A DNA stretch of 64,000 nucleotides. Origin: Elusimicrobia bacterium GWB2_63_22 (GTDB taxonomy: Bacteria; Elusimicrobiota; Elusimicrobia; Elusimicrobiales; UBA9959). A program made the translations under genes and the position numbers. The notes under the pieces were generated by a model. That model was given only the letters and a program-made list of their open reading frames with translations, was not told the DNA's origin and searched no databases. The DNA lies in NCBI GenBank assembly GCA_001799735.1, contig MGUA01000006.1:13733-77732 (forward strand). The letters run 5' to 3'. Below, piece after piece: positions 37,278 to 46,118 of this stretch (its first letter is position 1; each line of letters opens with the position of its first letter).

Positions 37278-37408
37278 CTGCGCCGCAGGGGTCGGAACGC
37301 AAAAACGTGGTCTCGCACACCGTGCTCGCCACTCCCCGTCTCGGTCCTCGCGCTTACGCAAGCTCGGACCTCCGACAGGGTTTTGCTAACCCGACCCCTG
37401 CGTCACAG
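37278..37408 (-). ncRNA. Putative structured RNA / palindromic element (branched hairpin)
   Basis: 12-bp perfect closing stem 37284-37295/37391-37402, GCAAAA/TTTTGC stem, two internal arms with GA-rich internal loops. Confidence 0.45.
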
Positions 37409-37434
37409 CCTGCGTTGCCTCAAATTTAATCAAC

Positions 37435-38442
<1,008 letters not shown>

Positions 38443-38443
38443 A

Positions 38444-39181
38444 TCAGCCTTTGAGCGTCCACTTGCCCAGCAGGTCCGGATGGTTAGTGAAGATGCCATC
38501 CACGCCGATCTCCTTCATGCGCAGCGCGTCCTTCTTGGTGTTCACGGTGTAGACGCAGGCGTTGAAACCGGCCTTCTTTATGCGGGAAATGTTCGCCTTG
38601 AACGCTATGCGCAGGGCGAGGTGGAAATTCACGGCGCGCACGGACTTCGCTTTCCTCAGGGCCGGCAGCAGCAGCACGGTGCTGAGGCCGTGGCCCAGGT
38701 AGGCCAGCTTGATATCGTGGGACAGCTCGCGGAAGCGCTTGAGGGTGCCGTGGTCGAAGCTGGAGATGAGGCTCTTGGCGAACAGCCCGGGCTTGCTCTT
38801 TATGAAGGCCAGCAACTTAACCTCTATGCCGGGGTAGACGTTGCCGTCGTTCTTGACCTCGAAGTTAAGCCAGTCGGAGACCGGCCCGATGATATTTATC
38901 ACTTCCTCCAGCCGCGGGACGTGCTGGAAAGCCCTGTCGGGCCGGTAGTGAAAAGCGACGTTGATCTTTTTCAGCTCGGCCCAGTCCAGGTCGGCTATTT
39001 TTACGTCCTTGCCGGAAGTGTGCAGCAGGGAGTAGTCGTGGTGCACCACCAGGATGCCGTCCCTGGTCTGGTGCACGTCGAACTCGAACTCCCGGGAGCC
39101 CATCTCCACGGCGAGGCGGAAGGCCTTGAGAGTATTTTCTGGCGCGTAAGCGGAGGCGCCGCGGTGAGAGATTATTTTCAT
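38444..39181 (-). CDS. Glycerophosphodiester phosphodiesterase
   Basis: SHRGAS..PENTL, EFDV..TRDG..VVHHD, GVDGIFTN. Confidence 0.92.
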   Translation of the reverse strand: MKIISHRGASAYAPENTLKAFRLAVEMGSREFEFDVHQTRDGILVVHHDYSLLHTSGKDVKIADLDWAELKKINVAFHYRPDRAFQHVPRLEEVINIIGPVSDWLNFEVKNDGNVYPGIEVKLLAFIKSKPGLFAKSLISSFDHGTLKRFRELSHDIKLAYLGHGLSTVLLLPALRKAKSVRAVNFHLALRIAFKANISRIKKAGFNACVYTVNTKKDALRMKEIGVDGIFTNHPDLLGKWTLKG

Positions 39182-39987
39182 ATAAAGAGTTTTTTTATCT
39201 CCGAAAAATATTCTTCCTGGAACTCGAAGCCGCCCATGTCGCCGCGCTCCGTGCCGGGGCCGTGGAAGTCGGTGCCCGCGGTGACAAAAAGGCCGTAGCG
39301 CCCCGCCAGGGAAACGAACTCCCGGGTGGCCGCGCCGGTATGCGCCGGGTAGAAGGCCTCCAGGCCGTCCAACCCCAGGTCCCGCCAGGCCGGCAGGTCC
39401 ATCGCCTTGCCCACAGCGGCGGGATGCGCCAGCACGGCGCGGCCGCCGGCGTCCTTTATGGCTTTTATGGCCTCGGCCACGGTGGGACCGTTAGGGCCCA
39501 CGTAGGCGGGGGCGCCGGGCGCCAGGTAGCGCTTGAAAGCCTGGTTCCGGTTGGAAACTATCTTGCGCGCGCGCAGCACGTCGGCTACCTGCGGCCGGCC
39601 CACGGTGCGGTTGACGGGCGGAGGCAGGTCCTCGAAAGCTATCTCTATGCCGAGGCCCCGGAGCAGCTCCAGCGTCTTTTTTATCCTGGTCACGCGGCGG
39701 CCCCGGAACTCTTCCAGCCGCCCGCGCAGCACGGGGTCGGCCGGGTTCACGCCATAGCCGAGGATATGCAGGTTCTCGCAAAGCCCGGTGCTTATCTCGA
39801 CGCCGTAACAATAGGTGATGCCGGCCTCCCTCAGCGCCGGCTCCATCTCGGCCCAGCCGCCCACGCCGTCGTGGTCGGTCAGGGAAAAATACTTCACCCC
39901 GGCGCGCGCGGCCGCGCGGGCCAGCGCCGCCGGCTCCAGCGTGCCGTCGGAATAGGTGGAATGGGTGTGCAGGTTTATCAGCGCCAT
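39178..39987 (-). CDS. PHP-domain phosphoesterase (YciV/TrpH-like)
   Basis: NLHTHSTYSDG, TDHD, HILGY, AHP, GTDFHG. Confidence 0.9.
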   Translation of the reverse strand: MALINLHTHSTYSDGTLEPAALARAAARAGVKYFSLTDHDGVGGWAEMEPALREAGITYCYGVEISTGLCENLHILGYGVNPADPVLRGRLEEFRGRRVTRIKKTLELLRGLGIEIAFEDLPPPVNRTVGRPQVADVLRARKIVSNRNQAFKRYLAPGAPAYVGPNGPTVAEAIKAIKDAGGRAVLAHPAAVGKAMDLPAWRDLGLDGLEAFYPAHTGAATREFVSLAGRYGLFVTAGTDFHGPGTERGDMGGFEFQEEYFSEIKKLFI

Positions 39988-40057
39988 AAAAGAGATTACA
40001 CAGGGCAGGCCGGCCCTTACGGACCCGCGGCTGGCCTGTGTAATCGCAGAAAAAGGC

Positions 40058-40282
40058 TTAACCTACCGTAATTTCCTTAACTTCAGGAACCTCTTCTTTT
40101 ATCATGCGCTCCACCACGTGCTTGAGCGTCATGGTGGCGTGCGGGCAGCAGCCGCAGGCCCCGGTCAGGCGCACGGTGACCACGCCTTTCTTCTCGTCCA
40201 CGCCTATCAGCTCGACGGACCCGCCGTCAGCCGCCAGCATGGGCTTTATCTTCTCTATAACCTTGGCAACTTTGTCTTTCAT
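40058..40282 (-). CDS. NifU/Nfu-domain Fe-S cluster carrier
   Basis: IKPMLAADGGSVEL, GACGCCP; own TGnTATAAT promoter and SD. Confidence 0.92.
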   Translation of the reverse strand: MKDKVAKVIEKIKPMLAADGGSVELIGVDEKKGVVTVRLTGACGCCPHATMTLKHVVERMIKEEVPEVKEITVG

Positions 40283-40356
40283 AGTGGTACCTCTCCCTAA
40301 ATTATACCATTCCGCCGACTTGCTCCTGCCTGACAGAACTTATATATAATTTGACT

Positions 40357-40719
40357 ATGCTTAAAGAAGCCAGGAACGTGATGCAGGTCCCGGGCGAACC
40401 GCGCCGCCGCTGGTTCGACGACGAAGATTTCGACCTGATCGTGTGGTTCGAACCGGGCGAAGAGATCTGGGGCTTCCAGCTCTGCTACGACAGGGAAAAG
40501 AAACCCCGGGCGCTGACCTGGACCCGGCGCTACGGCTACAAGCACGCCGGCATAGACAACGGCGAGCATATCTGGGGCGCCTCCAAAAGCTCCCCCGTAC
40601 TGATAGAGGACGGGCTCTTCGACGCGCCCTCCATAGCGGAAAAGCTGGAAAAGGCCGCCGGGGAAATGCCGCACGGCCTGACGGCCTTCATCCTGGAAAA
40701 AGTGCGCGCCTTCCTCTGA
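40357..40719 (+). CDS. Hypothetical protein
   Basis: Typical codon bias; TATAAT 6 nt before ATG; TGATG overlap with the next gene. Confidence 0.7.
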   Translation: MLKEARNVMQVPGEPRRRWFDDEDFDLIVWFEPGEEIWGFQLCYDREKKPRALTWTRRYGYKHAGIDNGEHIWGASKSSPVLIEDGLFDAPSIAEKLEKAAGEMPHGLTAFILEKVRAFL

Positions 40720-41207
40720 TGCCTAAAGATTTTAAACCTGACATGGGCGCCGGCGACCTGGGACTTACCGACCTGTTCGGCGGGCGGCGCGTGCCTAAAA
40801 CCCACTCCCGCATAAAGCTTAACGCCCTTCTCGACGACCTGTCGGCCCTGCTGGGCCTGCTGAAGACCGGGCTAAAGCACCCCGGGCTGCGCAGCGAGCT
40901 CTCCGCGGCCCAGGCCGGCCTCATAAAAGCCTCCGGCATCATAGCCGGCACAAAGGCAGACCTGAAAAAAGAAACGGCCCTCCTGGCCGGCGCCATAAAC
41001 GCCCTCTCCGCCACGGTCAAGCCGCCCAAAAAATTCGTTCTGCCGGGCAGTTGCGAAATAGAGGCCCTGGCCCACCTGGCGCGCGCCAGGACCCGGATCT
41101 GCGAGATCCTCGCCTGGGAACTGAAGGCCAAAGCCCCGGCCGTCTACCTAAACCGCCTCTCCGACTACCTTTTTCTCGTAGCCCTGAAACACGCCGGAAA
41201 GAAATGA
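40719..41207 (+). CDS. ATP:cob(I)alamin adenosyltransferase, PduO-type (divergent)
   Basis: GDLGLTDLFGGRRVPK, FVLPG, YLNRLSDYLF. Confidence 0.8.
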   Translation: MPKDFKPDMGAGDLGLTDLFGGRRVPKTHSRIKLNALLDDLSALLGLLKTGLKHPGLRSELSAAQAGLIKASGIIAGTKADLKKETALLAGAINALSATVKPPKKFVLPGSCEIEALAHLARARTRICEILAWELKAKAPAVYLNRLSDYLFLVALKHAGKK

Positions 41208-43156
41208 AAAAACTTAAAGCGCTAGGCGCGGCCCTGGAGGCCCGCCCCCGGCTGCTCGCCGCGCTGGCCTGGACCGCCGCGCTGCTGCTGGCCGCCGCCC
41301 TCTACCGGCATTTCGCGCCTTTCCTGGCTGTGGACGACGCCTGGTTCCTCGACGAGGCGGAAGCCTTCTACCACGGCCTGCCGCTGCGGGCCGGGCTGGA
41401 CAGCATGCCGCTGACCGGCTACTACCACTCGCTGCTCTCACACCACCTGCCGCCGGGCTGGGTAAAACTCTTCCTGCCTTTTGCCGTGCTTTCCATGCTG
41501 GCGGCCTCCTTCTCCCTTGGGGCGGCCCTGTGCGGCAGGCGCTGCGGCGCGCTGGCCGCGGCCTTAGCGGGGGCGTCGTTCCTCTCCATCGGCGCGCTGG
41601 TAAACTGGGGCCGGTATTTTGAAACGGCGGTATTTACCCTTATCACCGCCCTGATGGCTTTTTTTCTCCTTCGCTACAGGGAGAGCGGCAGCACCCGGCA
41701 CGCCGTCCTGCTGGGCCTGCTCACCGGGGCCTCGCTGCTGTGCCGTTCTACTTTTTTCCTTTTCCCTTTCTTTATCCTGGCCGCCCTGCTGCTGTGGCGC
41801 GGCCGCCTGCGGATAACCCCCGTCGCCGCGGGAGCGATAGCGCTGTTGCCCTACGCCATGCTGGCGCCCTGGTGGCTGATGCGGCACCTTACCGGTCAGG
41901 AATTCGCGCTGTTCGAGACCTTCCGCGCCAAGGCCAATATTATAACCGGGCTCCTGGGCTACGTGCACACCATAGACGGCAGCTACCAGGAGGCCCTGCG
42001 CTACGCCGGGCTGGTCGGCTCCGAGAATCTCTGGGCCTGGGGCCTGGACCAGGTCGCGGCAAATCCCCTGCTGATCGTAAAAGCGGTGCTGCTGCGGGGC
42101 TGGGCCGTGCTGGTCTACAAGCCGGTCCTGGCCCTGCTTGCCCTGGCCTCGCTGTTCGCGGCCGGGCTGGACGATAAAGCCAAACTCCTGGCCGCTTTCC
42201 TTTTCTATTTCATCGCGGTGCACCTGCCCATGCCGGTGGAGGCGCGCTACTTTGTCCCGCTCCTGCCGCTGCTGGGAGCGCTTATCGGCAGGGCGGCAGC
42301 GCTAACCCTCTGGCCGGACTGCGCCGCGCGCGGCGACGGGGCAGGGCGGGCCGCCGCCTGGGTGCTGGCCGCCCTGGTGCTGGCCGGTCCGCCGGCCGTT
42401 TACGCAAATATCGCCCATTATGTCCGCAACCTCCGCGCCGCCGACGGGAGCGCCGTGATCGCGCTGGAAACGGCCTCCCATCCCGGCGACCCCTGGCTGC
42501 TGGAGCGCGCCAACGAGGCCCGCCTGCTGGCGCATCAGCCGCTGGAAACGCCCCCCGCGCAGGCGCCGTCGTCGCGGCTGCGCTTCCAGTACCTGCTCAG
42601 CGGGGCGATATATGAGAACCGGTTCCTTGAAGGCGCCGGGATAGCGCCGGGGCTGGAAAAAGAAATGCGGGCGCTGGCTTTCCTGCACGGCCTGGAGAAC
42701 GGGGTCCCCGCCGGTGAAATTCCGGGCGAGCAGACGCTGAGCGCCATGCTGGGCTACTACCCGCCCCCGCGGGCGCTGCGGCTGGCCGGCCGTATCTGCG
42801 CCGCGGACGGGGCCGCCTGCGCCGGGTTGCTGCCGCTGTCCTTGCGCTGGCAGAACGCCGGGCTCTACCGGGAAAGCCTGGCCCTCCTGGACCTGCTGCT
42901 GCACCTGCGCCCGCGCGACGCCCGGCTCTGGTCCGACAAGGGCATGCAGGAGCTTATGCTGGGCCGCCGGGTCGCGGCGACGCTCTCTTTCCGCCGGGCC
43001 ATAGACCTGGACCCGCAGTTTATTCCCGCTTATCTCAACCTCGCCGGCGCGCTGGGGCGCGGCGTAGCGGCGGACGAGGTTTTCTCCCTCGCCCTGAACA
43101 ACCTCACCCCTCCCTACGAGAACCTGCGCCCGCTGCTCGAGAATAAGAACCCCTGA
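41204..43156 (+). CDS. GT-C/ArnT-like polytopic membrane protein with C-terminal TPR (paralog of 29834-32317)
   Basis: TM-rich; APWWLMR, NIITGLLG, VEARYFVPL; TPR (AIDLDPQFIPAYLNLA). Confidence 0.65.
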   Translation: MKKLKALGAALEARPRLLAALAWTAALLLAAALYRHFAPFLAVDDAWFLDEAEAFYHGLPLRAGLDSMPLTGYYHSLLSHHLPPGWVKLFLPFAVLSMLAASFSLGAALCGRRCGALAAALAGASFLSIGALVNWGRYFETAVFTLITALMAFFLLRYRESGSTRHAVLLGLLTGASLLCRSTFFLFPFFILAALLLWRGRLRITPVAAGAIALLPYAMLAPWWLMRHLTGQEFALFETFRAKANIITGLLGYVHTIDGSYQEALRYAGLVGSENLWAWGLDQVAANPLLIVKAVLLRGWAVLVYKPVLALLALASLFAAGLDDKAKLLAAFLFYFIAVHLPMPVEARYFVPLLPLLGALIGRAAALTLWPDCAARGDGAGRAAAWVLAALVLAGPPAVYANIAHYVRNLRAADGSAVIALETASHPGDPWLLERANEARLLAHQPLETPPAQAPSSRLRFQYLLSGAIYENRFLEGAGIAPGLEKEMRALAFLHGLENGVPAGEIPGEQTLSAMLGYYPPPRALRLAGRICAADGAACAGLLPLSLRWQNAGLYRESLALLDLLLHLRPRDARLWSDKGMQELMLGRRVAATLSFRRAIDLDPQFIPAYLNLAGALGRGVAADEVFSLALNNLTPPYENLRPLLENKNP

Positions 43157-43158
43157 AA

Positions 43159-43190
43159 TAAAAGCGCCCCGGTCTTCCGGGGCGCCTTTC
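43159..43190. terminator. Bidirectional terminator
   Basis: GCGCCCCGG-TCTT-CCGGGGCGC flanked by A and T tracts. Confidence 0.7.
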
Positions 43191-43203
43191 CAAAAACCCG
43201 CAG

Positions 43204-44109
43204 TTACTTCGTCACTTCGCCGCTCACCGTCTTCACGGTGGGGTTCTTGATATCGCTGCCGGAGTAGTCTATGTCGCCGCTCACCGTCTTCATCACGGCG
43301 ATGTCGGCGGCGGAGTCCTTGATGCGCAGGTCGCCGCTGACGCTCTGGGTATTGAGTGAGTTGAACTGCGACTCCTTTATCTCCACGTCGCCGCTCACCG
43401 TCTTCACCGTGACTTCGGCGGAGTTCTTCAGGCGTTCTATGGAAATGTCGCCGTTGACCCCTTTCACGAAGGAGGCGCCCTCGGTGGCGAAATCGCTGAT
43501 GGTCACGTCTCCGTTGACGCTCTCGGCGCTCAGACGGGCCAGCTTTGCCGGCAGCCACACCTTGGCCGAGCCTATCACGCTCTTCTTGCCGCTCTTGGTA
43601 GTCAGCTTTATGCCGCCGTCCTCGAACACGGCCTCGGTGTCGCCGGCTACTTTCTCAAAGATCTCCAGCTCGGCCTTGGCGCTCCGGCCTTCCTGCCCGA
43701 TCACCTCCAGGTCGCCGCTCAGCGTCTTTATGGTGAAGGAGTCGGAGTTATAATCCGCCATGTTCAGCTCCACCTGCCTGGAGGAAAGACTCTTCAGCTC
43801 GCCCAGGCCGCTCAGGGCGCCTCTTATGGCGCCGCCTACCGTCTCGCCTATGAAGCCGCCGGCGCCGCGCGCCTTGCCGCTGCCAAAGCCGGCCGCGCTC
43901 TTGGCGAAGGACAGGCCCATTACTATGGCGGTCAGCCCGAGGATAGTGACGGACACAATGCCCAGCGCCATCAGGCCGAGCGCACCCAGGCCGACGTATT
44001 TCAGCATCGTCACGGTCTGCGGGGTAAGCTGGCCCACATGCTGCAGCATCAGCACTATGCCCACCACCAGGGCCGTCAGGAACGAGATCTTTATCAGGAA
44101 CTTCAGCAT
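43204..44109 (-). CDS. DUF4097 beta-strand repeat (adhesin/LiaG-like) membrane protein
   Basis: Two N-terminal TMs; repeated (K/Q)(T/S)VSGD and VNGD motifs. Confidence 0.85.
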   Translation of the reverse strand: MLKFLIKISFLTALVVGIVLMLQHVGQLTPQTVTMLKYVGLGALGLMALGIVSVTILGLTAIVMGLSFAKSAAGFGSGKARGAGGFIGETVGGAIRGALSGLGELKSLSSRQVELNMADYNSDSFTIKTLSGDLEVIGQEGRSAKAELEIFEKVAGDTEAVFEDGGIKLTTKSGKKSVIGSAKVWLPAKLARLSAESVNGDVTISDFATEGASFVKGVNGDISIERLKNSAEVTVKTVSGDVEIKESQFNSLNTQSVSGDLRIKDSAADIAVMKTVSGDIDYSGSDIKNPTVKTVSGEVTK

Positions 44110-44163
44110 AATGTTATTCTCCTATTCTTCTTAACCGGGTCGGCTTTGCCGTCCCCTCACTAC

Positions 44164-44193
44164 ATATGACACGACTCCCGCCAAAATGTTTCA
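44164..44193 (-). promoter_or_regulatory. ECF-type promoter upstream of the DUF4097 gene
   Basis: TGAAAC-ATTTTGGCGGGAGTCG-TGTCATAT. Confidence 0.7.
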
Positions 44194-44201
44194 CCCTATT
44201 T

Positions 44202-44738
44202 TCAGGTATCCAGCCTTTTCCTTATGTGGTCCTTGGCCCGCAGCAGCTGTATCTTCACAGTGTTGATGGGGATATCCAGGGCATCCGCTATCTCCTGGTA
44301 GGACTTCTCCTCGAAATAGTAGAGCTTGATGACCACTTTGTATTTAAGGGGTATCTCTTCCAGGATCTCGGTGATGCGGGCCAGGATCAACTCCCGCTCG
44401 TAGATCTCGTCGGCCAGGTCGGGCGGCGCGGCGATGGTTTCGGCCAGGCTATCGTCCAGCTGGGTCTCGCGGCCGGCCTTTCGCTCGGACCAGTTCATGC
44501 TGAGGTTGTAGGCTATGCGGTACAGCCAGGAGGAAAGTTTGGAGTCGCCGCGGAATTTCTCTATGTTCTCGTAAGCCTTCAGGAATACTTCCTGGGTGAT
44601 GTCGCGCGCCTCTTCTTCGAAGCGCACATACCCTTTGACCACGTTGAAAATGAAGTCCTGGTGCCGGAGCACCAGCTCGCCGAAGATCTCCCGCTCGCCT
44701 TCGGCTATCCTTTTTAAAAGGTTGGCTTCATTTTCCAT
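44202..44738 (-). CDS. ECF RNA polymerase sigma-70 factor (SigW/RpoE-like)
   Basis: DITQEVFLKAY, WLYRIAYN, SYQEIA..LDIPINTVKIQLLRAK. Confidence 0.95.
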   Translation of the reverse strand: MENEANLLKRIAEGEREIFGELVLRHQDFIFNVVKGYVRFEEEARDITQEVFLKAYENIEKFRGDSKLSSWLYRIAYNLSMNWSERKAGRETQLDDSLAETIAAPPDLADEIYERELILARITEILEEIPLKYKVVIKLYYFEEKSYQEIADALDIPINTVKIQLLRAKDHIRKRLDT

Positions 44739-44744
44739 CTATTA

Positions 44745-44867
44745 TCAGTTGCCCACGCAGACCGCGCTTAAACCCTCGCCGCCCGCGGGCGGCAGAAAAA
44801 CGTACCTGTATTCTACTTCTTTCGCCCCGACCACGTCCCAGCCCAGCCGCTTCATCATTTTTTTCAT
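44745..44867 (-). CDS. Small 40-aa ORF preceding the ECF sigma (below ORF-track cutoff)
   Basis: SD-like GGGGA/GGA; MKKMMKRLGWDVVGAKEVEYRYVFLPPAGGEGLSAVCVGN; stop run TGA TAA TAG directly before the sigma ATG. Confidence 0.5.
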   Translation of the reverse strand: MKKMMKRLGWDVVGAKEVEYRYVFLPPAGGEGLSAVCVGN

Positions 44868-44901
44868 AATATCCGTCCCCTCTTCCCGGTCCCGTCACAG
44901 G

Positions 44902-44931
44902 ATATGACACCTGCCGGGCCAAAATGTTTCA
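44902..44931 (-). promoter_or_regulatory. ECF-type autoregulatory promoter
   Basis: TGAAAC-ATTTTGGCCCGGCAGG-TGTCATAT, near-identical to 44164-44193. Confidence 0.7.
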
Positions 44932-44934
44932 GGG

Positions 44935-44970
44935 AAAAAGAAAACCGCCCTGCGGAGGGCGGTTTCTTTC
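44935..44970 (-). terminator. Intrinsic terminator after OTCase
   Basis: AAACCGCCCT-GCGG-AGGGCGGTTT stem with a T-tract on the minus strand. Confidence 0.75.
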
Positions 44971-44987
44971 TGGGGGCGGCTGACGGG

Positions 44988-45992
44988 TCAGGCGCCGAGG
45001 GTGGCCACCATGACGGCCTTGATGGTGTGCATGCGGTTCTCGGCCTGGTCGAAGGCGATGCAGGCCGGGGATTCGAACACTTCCTCGGTCACTTCTATGC
45101 CGTTCTTCAGGCCGAACTGCTCGCTCACCTGCGCGCCCACCTTGGTGTCGGCGTTATGGAAAGCCGGCAGGCAGTGCATGAACTTCACGTTCTTATTGCC
45201 GGATTTCTTCATGAGCGCAGGGGTTACCTGGTAGGGCTTGAGCAGCTTTATGCGCTCTGCCCACACTTCCTTGGCCTCACCCATGCTCACCCACACGTCG
45301 GTGTGGATGAAGTCCGCGCCCTTCACGGCGGCGGCCGCGTTGGCGGTCACGGTGATGCGCGCGCCGGAGACCTTGGCTATCTCCTGACACTGCGCTATCA
45401 GCGCGGCGTCGGGCTGCAGGCCCTTGGGCGCGCCTATGCGCACGTCCATGCCGAGTATTGAACCGATCACCAGGAGCGAGCGGCCCATGTTAAAGCGCGC
45501 GTCACCCACGTAGGCGTAGGAGATCTTCTCGAGGGGCTTGGAGCAGTGCTCGGTCATGGTCAGCACGTCGGCCAGCATCTGCGTGGGGTGCCATTCGTTT
45601 GTCAGGCCGTTCCACACCGGCACGCCGGCGTACTTGGCCAGCTCTTCCACGATCGCCTGGCCGAAGCCGCGGTATTCAATGCCGTCGTACATGCGGCCCA
45701 GAACACGGGCGGTGTCCTTAACGGTTTCCTTGTGGCCCATCTGGGAGCCGGAGGGCTCCAGGTAGGTCACGTGCGCGCCCTGGTCGTGCGCGGCCACTTC
45801 GAAAGCGCAGCGGGTGCGGGTGGAGGTCTTCTCGAAAATGAGGGCGATGTTCTTGCCGGTGAGGCGCTGCTGTTCGGTGCCGGCATACTTGGCGTTCTTA
45901 AGATCTTTGGACAGTTTAAGCAGGAAAGTCAGTTCCTGTTTGGTGAAGTCCAGTTCCTTGAGGAAATGCCTGTTGCGAAGATTGAATCCCAT
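44988..45992 (-). CDS. argF: Ornithine carbamoyltransferase (ArcB/ArgF-type)
   Basis: [35 protein letters not shown]; start MGFNL after SD AAGGAG. Confidence 0.95.
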   Translation of the reverse strand: MGFNLRNRHFLKELDFTKQELTFLLKLSKDLKNAKYAGTEQQRLTGKNIALIFEKTSTRTRCAFEVAAHDQGAHVTYLEPSGSQMGHKETVKDTARVLGRMYDGIEYRGFGQAIVEELAKYAGVPVWNGLTNEWHPTQMLADVLTMTEHCSKPLEKISYAYVGDARFNMGRSLLVIGSILGMDVRIGAPKGLQPDAALIAQCQEIAKVSGARITVTANAAAAVKGADFIHTDVWVSMGEAKEVWAERIKLLKPYQVTPALMKKSGNKNVKFMHCLPAFHNADTKVGAQVSEQFGLKNGIEVTEEVFESPACIAFDQAENRMHTIKAVMVATLGA

Positions 45993-46067
45993 TTTAGTCT
46001 CCTTGGATGAAAGCAAAATTATGGCGCTCGCCCGACCTGAATATTATACTCTTTTGGGCCCCCGCCA

Positions 46068-46099
46068 ATAAAAAACCGCCTCTCTCAAGGCGGTTCTTC
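46068..46099 (-). terminator. Intrinsic terminator after argS
   Basis: AACCGCCT..AGGCGGTT stem with a T-tract on the minus strand. Confidence 0.7.
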
Positions 46100-46118
46100 A
46101 TCCGGGACGCGCGGGTCT

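Noticed and set aside
37278..37408. NAD+ riboswitch, SRP RNA or tRNA identity for the structured element
   Set aside because: It lies downstream of nadA, lacks the SRP GGAA domain IV motif and has no cloverleaf or T-loop
43210..43520. Recurring TCGCCGCTCACCGTCTTCA DNA repeats, superficially CRISPR-like
   Set aside because: They encode the KTVSGD repeats of the DUF4097 protein; spacing is irregular and there are no cas genes
44187..44194. TGTTTCAC resembling parS near the origin
   Set aside because: Half-site only; explained as the ECF -35 element
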